Origin: Raja brachyura
Lineage: Eukaryota
DNA: 64,000 nucleotides
Direction: 5' to 3'
Assembly (NCBI GenBank): GCA_963514005.1
Contig: OY740810.1
Location: 5,270,001-5,334,000 of the forward strand
Shown: positions 39,900 to 51,800 of the stretch, piece after piece
Layout: each line of letters begins with the position of its first letter
Position numbering within the stretch: the stretch's first letter is position 1
The notes under the pieces: generated by a model
Databases searched by the model: none
Seen by the model: the letters and a program-made list of their open reading frames with translations, nothing else
What the model was told of the DNA's origin: nothing
Position numbers and translations under genes: made by a program

Positions 39900-42800
39900 G
39901 TAGGGAAAAGTCCTATTTCTTCCCCCTTGATGTTTAAGAGATTTAGTTATATAGTGTATTTCACTTGGTTTATAACCTGCCTGGGTTTACAATGAGAAGG
40001 GGTTTACAATGAACCCCTTCTCCTCCATACCCCGCAACACTGCCCTCTCTCCCCATTCCCCCACTCACAACAAGGGCAGAGTCCCCCTGGTCCTCACCTT
40101 TCACCCCACCAGCCAGCGCATACAACAGATAGTCCTCCGCCAGTTTCGCCACCTCCAGCGTGACCCCACCACTCGCCACATCTTCCCATCTCCCCCCCTG
40201 TCTGCCTTCCGCAAAGACCGCTCCCTCCGCAACTCCCTTGTCAATTCTTCCCTTCCCTCCCGCTCCACCCCTTCCCCGGGCACTTTCCCTTGCAACCGCA
40301 AGAGATGCTACACTTGTCCCTTCACCTCCCCCATCCACTCCTTTCACGGACCCAAGCAGTCATTCCAAGTCCAACAGAGGTTCACCTGCACCTCCTCCAA
40401 CCTCATCTACTGCATCCGTTGCTCCAGATGCCAGCTGATCTACATCGGTGAGACCAAGCGGAGGCTGGGCGATCGTTTCGCCAAACACCTCCGCTCGGTC
40501 CGCAATAACCAACGCCACCTCCCAGTGGCTCAGCACATCAACTCCCCCTCCCACTCCGTATCCGACCTCTCGGTCCTGGGCCTCCTCCACGGCCAGAGTG
40601 AGCAACACCGCAAGTTGGAGGAACAGCACCTCATATTCCGCTTGGGAAGTCTGCATCCTCTGGGCTTAAACATTGAATTTTCTCAATTCTGTTAACCCAG
40701 ACTGCCCCCTCCCCCTCCCCACCTCTCCCTCAGCCCTCGGGCCCTGACATTCCTTCTCCATCTCCCCCCCCCCCCCACCCAAGTCGCACTAGCTTCTCAT
40801 TTTCACACTACAAACAGCCTACTACAATGGCCTGTTTCCTTTATTATCAATACTTTTTTGCATATCATTCATTGTTCTTTATCTCTCCACATCACTGTCT
40901 ATATCTCTCGTTTCCCTGATCCCTGATCAGTCTGAAGAAGGGTCTCGACCCGAAACGTCGCCTATCTCCTTCGCTCCTTAGATGCTGCTGCACCCGCTGA
41001 GTTTCTCCAGCTTTTTGTGGAACCCCTTACGTACTTGCCTCAAATGAAAACACAGTTCCATTTTATTTTTTGGCACGTGTACCGAGGTACAGTGAAAAGC
41101 TTTTTTGTTGCGTGCTACCCAGTCAGTGGAAAGATAAGGGGTTTGTACAAGATAAAGTCCAAAAAAGTCCGATTAAAGATTGATCGATTTCAGATTGAAA
41201 GCTGACTTACACTGGGGTATCTGGATCGGTGCCCTTCTGGCCACTGAACTCATATCGATATCTGCCTTTATTTAATTATAGATTAAGACCAAAACCTTTG
41301 TGCTTATTTATTTTGTTTTCAATCAGGTTGCTCTTTGTCCAACTGGACCTCAGTGCCAATTAGGTCTTTATCTCACTCGTCATTCTTTTTAAGATCAAGA
41401 GTTCAAGAGAGTTTATTGTCATGTGTTCCAGATAGGACAATTAAATTCTTGCTTTGCTTCAGCACAACAGAATATAGATGGGATGATGGTGTTGGTATCC
41501 CCGCTGCTTCCTGCCATTCTACCCCTCTGTTCTGATCTTTTGGGTAAATCGGTACGTTATATCAATGTCATATGAGACAAGTAACTGTCCTTTAGGATGG
41601 GGGAACATACTAAGCCACATAACCTTTGATAGCCCTACATACACCTGTTTATTCAACCCCCCCAAGGAACATGGATGCTAATTGTGCTTTGTTCCAATTC
41701 CCATTCCCAGGGGATGAAGGGGGTGGATATATAAGGAGTGGTTGAAGAATGGTCTTGACCCGATACATCACCCATTCCTTCTCTCCTGAGTTATTCCAGC
41801 ATTCTGCATCTATCTACATTGTCAGGTCTGCCTGACAGAAATGTGAAATGCACTTTGGATGACAATAGATTAGTATACCATCTGTTTGACTCACTGAAAG
41901 TTCTTTGGTATTAGTGGGCATGGTGTTCAGGAAATCAAATCAATCTTCACTTCTGCATCACACTCAACTATCAACCCTTCGATCTTGATCTCCTTCGATC
42001 TTGAATCCCTCAAGTTCTTTCCCCATGGTTTACGCACCCAAACCTTTTCCACCCTCCTTTCTCTCCCTATTTCCCCCTCTCTCCTTACCCAGTCATCCTT
42101 TTCACTGCTTCCACACTCAAACCCTAATGGTCCAGTTGCTAACCGCTCATCTTCATTGTGTTTCCATTCTCAATTTCCTGCTGTCCTTTTCCATTCCATT
42201 TCCTCATATTTATTCAATGATTCAAAATTAATCCATTTTAAAATGAACTGACAATCATTTCAATTAAATTATGAAATAAAGCATAATTGGTAACCAATTA
42301 ACAGCAGATTTTCAACTACTGGAATATTCACAAAATATATATTATTTTGTTTTGTGTATTGTTGACAGAAATGCCAAATAGAAAGTGATATTTCTCTGGT
42401 TGTATAGGACATCAAAATAATTAATTAACTCTCCAAAGGTGATAAACTATATATTGCTTTAGATTGTCAAATCCATAGTTGTTAAATTGTCATTGATTAA
42501 TGTGCTTTCTTAATAGTGAATTGAAACTCATTTATTCTCTAAACCTTGAATTACGTCCATTCCCAGATGATTATGTAAGTAAATTTACTAAGATTTGTTA
42601 CTAAGCAAGTTTTAAGATGCAGTGAAAGAGGAAGGGGACGAGAGAACAAAATGGAGTGCCTGTGGTAGGGCAGCAGGTAGGATCTAAACAGCAACCAGTC
42701 AGTATGCTCTCTACTGTGTACCTGTAGAAGTTCGAGAGAATCCTCCTTGACATACCGACTCCCCGTAATCTACGTAATCTTCTCAGGAAGTAGAAGCGCT

Positions 42801-45800
42801 GATGTGCCTTCTTTATAATTGCATCAGTGTGCTGGGACCAGGAAAGATCTTCGGAACTATGCATGCCCAGCAATTTGAAGTTTTTGACCCTTTCCACCAT
42901 CTGTCCCGTTGATATAAATGGGATTGTGGGTCCCTATCCTTGCCCTTCTAAAGCCCACAATCATTTCCTTTGTTTTACTGGTGTTGAGAGCCAGGTTGTT
43001 GTGCTGACACTATTCGGTCAATCAGTCAATCTCACTTCTATACTCTGAGTCATCACCATCTGTGATACGTCCCACAACAGTGGTGTCGTCGGCGAACTTG
43101 ATAATGGAGTTCACACTATGTCCGGCTACGCAGTCATGAGTATAGAATGAGTACAGCATCGCTGAGCACGCAGCCTTGAGGGCTCCCGTGCTGATTGTTA
43201 TAGAGGATGACATATTTACACCAATATGCACAGACTGTGGTCTGTGGATGAGGAAGTCGAGAATCCAATTGCAGAGGGATGCGCAGAGACCCAGATCCGT
43301 GATCTTGGTAACCAGCTTGGAGGGCATGATGGCATTAAATGCCGAGCTGTAGTCTATGAACAACAGCCTGATGTATGAGTTTTTGTTGTCCAAGTGGTCC
43401 ATAGCTGAATGGAGAGCCAGTGAGATTGCATGTTTTGGCGGTAAGCGAACTGCAGTGGGTTGAGGTTCTTGTAGAGGTAGGAGTTGATATGTGCCATAAT
43501 CAACCTCTCAAAGCACTTCATCACCATAGACATTAGTGCCTCTGGCTGATAGTCATTGAGGCATGTCACCTTGCTCTTATTGGGCACTGGTATTATTGAT
43601 GCCCTTTTAAAGCAGGTGGGAACCTCAGACCTCAAAATTGAGAGGTTGAAAATGTCCGCAAAAACTCCAGCCAATTGGGCTGCACAGGCTTTCAGAACGT
43701 GACCGGGTATACAATCAGATCCAGGCACTTTCAAAGGGTTCACCCCTCTGAAGGATCACGTTGAACCCATCAGGGAGTGATGCTTTGCTGTCGTTTGAGC
43801 TACCTCCTGTTTTGCCTTGTACGAGGTGATGGCATTCAAGCCCTGCTACAGTTGCTGAACATCCGCCTCATCCTCCAGCTTAGAGCAGAAGTCCCTTTTG
43901 ACCTTTTTGATGACCTTACCAAGGTCGTATCTGGACTTCTCATAGACCTCTGCATCGCCAGACGGCACCTAATTGTATTAGTGCATATGACAATAAACTG
44001 ATTTTACTGCTGATTGTGCAATGTTTAAGATAATGAAGCTTCATCAATGCATGGAGCCTATAATCTGTGGATCTGTGCATTGATACTTGGACAAAAGACA
44101 GGTGCAACATGATAAATGACAAGAAACAATTGTGCCTCATAAGTACCAGGAGTATTACCGTTACCGTTGCCAACTCATCCCCCATCAATAACCAGCAGCT
44201 CATTTGGAGCAACCAGATAATACCATTCAAGGTTGGGCATTCTGGATTCAATAAATTTCAATCCTTTTTGAAAATATAAATTTGTTTACATTTAAGTAAA
44301 TAAAACACCATCTTTTCACGTTTAGAGCATAAATGCTGGCCTACATCCTATAATTATATATATTTATAATATCCTTTAAAGCTATTGTTAAGGTGACTAA
44401 GCTATTCATCTAGAATGGACAAATTTTATAGGAGACTATATGTTAACATCTCACTTTGTTAACAATTTTTATTTGGTTAATGTTATGAAAAATCATTACA
44501 ACTCTGCTTTTGAGCTATGTTTAAGTAGTCTGTAGGCTTTCTCGATTTTAAAGAATGCATCCTGATGACGCAGAGTAATAAATGCCGGATTAATTTAGGT
44601 CACTGTCGCTGCTTTGCTTCCGAGCATTAAATTGAGGACTAATTTCTAATTTGGCATTAAAATATATACTTTGCTTATGCTTACCTAGTACATTGCTTGC
44701 ATATTTAGCTGGATCTGCAGCCTAACATTCTTCGTCTCTGTGCGGTAAAGTGAGCATGTATGAATTACCAAGCCATAAAAATATACCTAAAATTAAACAT
44801 TCTTATGATCTAAAATATCCAAACTAAAATTATGACATTATATTTAGACTAATGATAGGTTTTTGGTAGTTTGCATAATATCGGTGTTGTTATACGTTGA
44901 TTGTATTTTACTTTTGACCAGGCTTTGTTAGGAGTGGCACCTAAATATCAAGAGTTAGTTGCTCATCCTTGTGACCGAAATGCCGCACTATTTATAAGGT
45001 AAGAACATATTTTGAAGTATCAAAGTCAGAATTTGACTTTATGCTATGGCATTAAACAGTTATTAAGTTATTAGACAGTTATTAACAGCATTAAAAAGCA
45101 AATATTCATTTTCATAAACTAATTAGTTTCCTATCTAACAAGACGAGATAAATTGAATCGTTCACATAGATATTCCTAAATGAGTTCATCTTTCTTACTC
45201 CTTTTTTATAAATGCTTGCCCTCTTTTTTCTAACTCTCTTTGCCTTCAGGAGATTGGATTCATTTTTTAACACTCCTGTCTCTCACCCCTTTTAACAATT
45301 GTTTTGCTTCTGCTCTTATTGTATTCCTCTTGAGGCATTCAGCATCTGTATTTATGTTGACCAAATATGAGTCTATTGACCAAAGCATAAGCTTTGGGTA
45401 GTACTAGATATGGTTTGCATAATATTGGATCTTTTTCACACTAGTAAAATTCACTTGATATTCAGGGTCATTCCCAGGATGTAGTGATCGAAGTGCTCAG
45501 TGCTCTTTGGCAATTTCCTGCTCCTAATATCCGCGCTTCTCTAAAGGCTCACCTCACAATTCCCTAAGCTCTTCATACCTTGCCAAAGTATTCATAATAT
45601 GGCAGTGCTTCAATTAATGTCGCTGCCGCATAGCTCCACTGTCCTCAGTCCTATTCTGGCTTCTTGTGCTCTGGGTACGGCATTTGCTTGTTCCCTTTGC
45701 GACTGTGTGGGTTTTCTTTGCATGCCCTGGTTTTCTCCCAAATCTGAAAGATATGTTGCTAAATTAACCTGCTACTATAAATTATCCCTTAGTGTAGGCC

Positions 45801-48800
45801 AGCAGCAAAATAATTAAAGTGGAATTGAAGGTCATATGTGACAGTGAATAAATTGCGGGGATATGGGATACAAAGGAGATGGAGTATTGGGCAGTTGGGA
45901 TTGCACCACTGGTAGCAGGCATACCAGTGGGCTGATGACATCCTTCAGAGTCTTATAAATATGTTTACGTCAAGGGCTTACTTTGTGTCAATGTCATATT
46001 TCCTGAGAGCTCATACAACTCCATTTGGACAACTCCCAAGTTCTATTCCTCAGGGGTAAAGCTGTCCTTGAATTCTATCCCTCATTGGTAGAGGTGTTCC
46101 TGCCAGACAACTTCATGGACAGCTCTAACCCTGAAGGAGTGCATTTGGGAGATGGGGACCACCGGATATTTTTATACCTGCCGTTTTCTTGCCACCTCCG
46201 TGAGTGTCTCTTCCATAACTAATAGTCCAAGATACGTAATGGGCTATTCATGATAAAGGCTCCTAACAATGATGGAATTGAACTCTTTATCCATAATATA
46301 GTAATCTTATTATGCTCTTTTCACACAATCCCGGTCAAGGAATCACTGCTGATTGCACATAGGATGAGCTCATGCAACTTTTAAGTCTGCACAAAAATAA
46401 AGCCTCAAATTAGGGGTAGTGTTGAATGGATACTGCATCTAATTATGTTACCTTGTTCATATCCTTCAACATTTTATCGGACCACATATGGGGTATCATC
46501 AAATGAGAAGAATTTTGTGAGAAGAATATACTAGGCATTGGATGTTAATTGACTACACTAAAGCACAGATTTTGGAACAGTCTTAGTTATTTCACATTTA
46601 TTGCTGAAGGATAATGATATACTCATTATTTGGAAAGCATTCTTATGTAGCTAGATGTAAGCCACTATGATCTAGTAGCATTTAAACTAATATGCTTGCC
46701 ATTAACATTGTTCTCCAGTTGAGACCACATGTAGAGTATTGTGTGCAGTTTTGGTCTCTAAATTTGAGGAAGGACATTCTTGCTAGAGGGAATGCAGCGT
46801 AGATTCACAAGGTTAATTCCCGGGACTGTCAAACGTAGCAATGTTACAACATTTTGAGATTTTAAAAATCAAGTTTGCAATTTATCCCATCCGATAAAGC
46901 ATAAAAAGAAGCTTAATTTGACACCTAATTCACTTTCATATCTTCAGTATTAAAAACATTATGGCCATTTTCATACTTGGAAATTCGCATCTTGTTCCCC
47001 ATTGTCTTTCCATTGACTTAACTCAAAAGCTGGGATCTAGGACAGTCAAAAGCCCATAACTTTCTTAAAAATTGAGAGAACTCAATGAAATTTTCAGTTA
47101 TTATAGATTGAAGCATTCTGAAACGAATATGAAATTATCTTATTTAGATGACCTGAAATTAAAGCATATAATTAGTTAGTTACCTAATTGTAGCAAATTA
47201 CTAAATTCAATTACTAGATCTAAACATCAATCCATTTCTTAAGAAAAGATAAACATTTTTTAATTGCCTGTGTCCAAATAACATTCACACAATAATTCAC
47301 AATATAACATGATTTTTAAATCATGAATTTATAGGCCAAATGGAAGGAATTTTGTGTTTAGTTCCTGTAAGTGAATGGCCATTTAAATCAACTTGCGAGT
47401 CGGTTTTAGTGAAATGCGATGGATTAGAACGTTGCGGTTTGCGGTGAAGTCGGTAGGAAAAATACTGCCGGTTCGTTTTTTTTTTGTCCCCTATTCGCAA
47501 CATGAAAATGTGATTAAATGCTTCCTAAGAACCACGTTTTTATGTAAAAATAAATTGTGTACTTTATTTTCTCCCCTACGTAAAATCCTTCCCGTTATCG
47601 GTGCTCACAGCTTTAGAAGATGATTTTTAAATTATTCTAGCTAATAAATAATCTAGTATAATTTAAAAATACCTTCATAAACAAATGTCGGAGCGATTTT
47701 TCTTCAGCAACGAAACCCCCTGCCTGACATGGATCGATTTACCCTGTCTGTAGAAAAACGGCACTTTAAACACGCCCCCCTCTGAAAGGCGCCAAAGTCA
47801 CGCACACGGGTAGTGGCAGAACTGCAGTGCTGCTCAAGGTAAGTTTTGTAACATACCTATCTTGTGCTGAGAGAATGGAGTAGCTGGGCTTGTACACTCT
47901 GGAGTTTAGAAGGATGAGAGGGGATCTCATTGAAACATATAAGATTGTTAAAGGTTTGGACACGCTAGAGGCAGGAAACATGAGGAAGTTATCCAAGGTT
48001 CTGAATCTGGTTAATCCCTTGGAAACTGCTGCTGTCTAATACAAAAGAAGAAGACTTAATTGGGGAGTGAAATGTAATAATTCTCGGCATATCGGCAAAT
48101 ATGGGTATATAACTAACATAATTACTGTTATATTTAAGTATATACTTAATGTTGGAATTTTTTTTTGAAGATACATTCCAATAGTTAGATTTGAAATGCG
48201 TTTTATCTTATATATAGTTTTTAATTTTGAACCGGTCTCTTCCTTTTAATAATAATTGGTCAAGGAGGCAGAGCGAAATATATAACAACAGCTACGGAAG
48301 TCAACAAGACTCTTTCTACCACCTTTTGCTGGTTTAAAAAAAATTATAATATCTCTATTTTTAAATATTATAATATCACTTTTTGTTTTTTAATTATCTT
48401 TTCACCACTTTACACCTACTGGTGTAAAGTGGTGAAAAGATAATTAAAAAAACTGAGAAAAAGGATAGGCAACGTTTTAGGTCAGGACCCTTCTTCAGAT
48501 GTCTGAAGAAGGGTCCCAACCCGAAACGTCACCAATCCTTTTTTTCCAGAGATGAATAGAATATAATGCCTTTTATTGTCATTCAAACAGCTTGGTTTGA
48601 ATAATATTGCATTTTCTACAGTCTGAACAAATACAAAATAAACCAAGACTCACACTTAACACATTTTACACAAATATCCATCACAGTGAATCTCCAACAC
48701 CTCCTCACTGTGATAGAAGGCAAAAGTCTTATCTCTTCCCTTGTTCTTCTCCCGTGGTCCAGCAGTCCAACTACAACGTCGAGGCGAAATGGGGCTCCAG

Positions 48801-51800
48801 ATGTTAAAGCCCCCGGCGGGTGATGGTAAGTCCCGCGGCCGTTAAGCCGCGCGGGGCGATGGTAGGCTCCGCACCAAGTCATTTCACCCCGCAATTCCAG
48901 CGGGAGAAGTTGCCATTGCGGGAGCTCCGGAAAGCTGTCTCCCACCAGGGACCTGCAAGCTCCCGATGTTACCGTCCACAGGGCCTGCGGCTGGAGCCTC
49001 CGAAGCTTCGAAGTCGGGTCGCAGCCGTGCGCCACCATAGCTCCTCCTGCTCCAAAGTCGGCCAGCTCCACAATGTCAGGTCCGCAGGCTCCGCAACTGG
49101 AGCCCTCAGGTTGGTTCCGCTTGGAGGCCGCCGCCGGCTCCACGTTGTTAGGCCCAACGACATCGGAGACCTGACAGGGAAAAAGTCGGGTCCCCGAACA
49201 GGGGAGAGATTAAACGGTTTCCCCCACCCCACACCCCACATATACACAACTAAAAAAATAATAAAACTAGAATCAAAACATACATTTAACGAGACAAAAA
49301 TTTAAAAAAGACAGATGGACTGCAGTCGAGCTGCCGTTTGGCACCGCCACACTCACTGATGTTGCCTGACCCACTGAGTTACTCCACCACTTTGTATCTA
49401 TCACTCATCCTAAATCTTCCATTAACTTTTCATAAGTACAAGTGTAAAGGGTTGGATGAGCTATTGGGTCTTGTGGCTCATGGTGACATTGACGGTGTTG
49501 CTGAGTGTGGTGCTGAGGTGGGAGATTGCAACTTTCACGTGGTCCGCCCTGTTTCGACGAATGCAATCAACCTGGCGTGCACAATCAAATAGACCAAGTT
49601 GTCCTGCAACTTTAGGCTGTGCACGCCCTTCGCAAGAAGAAGAAGAAGAAGAAGACGAAGTAGAAGTGTGGTGCTATTGATGCAGAACTTTTTGCCTGGA
49701 CTATAGTATGAATTGAAGCAATTCCATCCACAGTCCCATATGTTCCAACAGCAAGAACACTCATTGGGCTGTGTCCAGTATCATGGAGTATGTTTTATTC
49801 AGATTAAAAATATTATCTTTGCAAGTGGGAGTTTTTGCTTAAGGTGTAATTTTGAGCAATGAATTATTGTCATAATCAACTGTCACCAACCAGAAAATCC
49901 ATTTTAGTAATTTTTCCCATGTGAATGAGGATTTTCCATCTCTGTAAGTGAACTCCAGGCTTTCGACAAATCAATGCATTTTTACATTTAAGATTGAATG
50001 TTTATATTAAAAAATTATCTTCAGTGCATTTCCTGAATCTGTGCAAATACAGATGTATGACTGAAAAAAATACATAACATTTTTTTTGATTCATGTCTAG
50101 GAAACGGGTGTTCTTCACCAGAGATGGTTTTCAAAGTTCTCTCTATCCACTTGAATTTCCCAAAGCATATATGGTATGTTAGAAGCTGATTAATGGAAAA
50201 TAATTGTATGATCAAAAAAGTAAATATTATTCATGATGTACTTCTGAATTAATACACTTTCATATCTTCAGTATTAAAAATGTTATGACCATTTTCATAC
50301 TCGGCAATTAGCATCTTGTTCCCCATTGCCTTTCAATTGACTTAACTCAAAAGCTGTGATCTAGAACAGTTAAAAGCCCATATCTTTCTTAAAAATTAAG
50401 AGAACTCAATGAAATTTTCAGTTATTATAGATTGAAGCATTCTGAAACAAATATGAAACAATTTTACTTGGATGACCTGAAATTAAAGCATATAATTAGT
50501 TAATCTAATTGTAGCTAATTACAAAATTCAATGAGTAGATCTAAACATCTATCCATTTCTTAAGAAAAGATAAACTTTTTTTAAATTGCCTAAGTGTTCA
50601 AATAACATTCACACAATAATCCACAATATAACATAATTTTTAAATCTCATTTTCATGAAGTTATAGGCCAAATGGAAGGAATTTAGTGTTTAATGCCTGT
50701 AAGTTAATGGCCATTTAAATCAACTAGCGAGTGGGTTTTAGTGGAATGCGGTGGATTGGAACATTGTGGTTTGCGGTGAAGTCGGGAGGAAAAATACTGT
50801 TGGTTGATACATTTTTTTGGACCCCTTTTCGCAACATGAAAATATGATTAAAGCCTCCATAAAAACCAACTTTTAATATAAAAATAAACTGTGTACCTTT
50901 TTTTCTCCCCTACGCAAAATCCTTCCCGTTGTCGGCTCTCACGGCTTTTGAAGGTGATTTTTAAATTACTCTAGTTAATAAATAATCTAGCGTAATTTAA
51001 AAATACCTTCATGAATGAAATGTCGGAGCGATTTTTCTTCCGCAACGAAATCGCCCGACATGGATCGATTTGCCCAGTCTGAAGAAAAACGGCACTTTAA
51101 GCCTGCCCCCCTCTGAAATGCGCCAAAGCCAAGCACACGGGGAGCGGCAGAACTGCAGCGCTGCTCAAGGTAAGTTTTGTAACATACCTACAGATAGCAC
51201 GTGTAATCAGCTTCGAACCCGGGTCTCTGGTGCTGTAAGGCAGCAACTCAGCTGCTGCCCCACTGTGTCGCCTCAATTTCAATACTCAATACCCTGCCTA
51301 ATGAAGATCAATAAGCCGAAAGCTTTCTTCACCATCCTACCTACCTTGCATGCAATTTTCAGCAAAATATGTACTTGTGCTCCTATATTCTTCCTCACTA
51401 CAACACTCTCCAGGGCCCTACCTACCCTGGTTTAACTTCACAAAATGTAACACCTTACACAACAAAATTAAACTAATTTAACCATTCCTCAGCCCATTTA
51501 CCAGCTGATCAAAATCCCTTTGTTATTCCTGATAACGATATTCACTATCTAAGGTACCACTTATTTTATTCTCATCCAAATCATTGATATAGATAACAAA
51601 GCAATGGGCCCAGCACCGCTCTCTAAACCACACCACTAGTCACAGTCCTCCTGTCCAAAATACAACTGTCCATAACTACCCTCTGCGCCAACTGTGAAAA
51701 CAATTCTGTATCCAGTGAGTGAATTCTCCCTGGATCCCATGCAATCTAACCTTCCAGAGCAGCCTACTGTGCAAAACTTTTTAAAAGCCTTTTTTGAAAA

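Noticed and set aside
48616-49305. 161-175 aa ORFs on both strands
   Set aside because: GC-rich retroposon body; no recognisable domain or splice context
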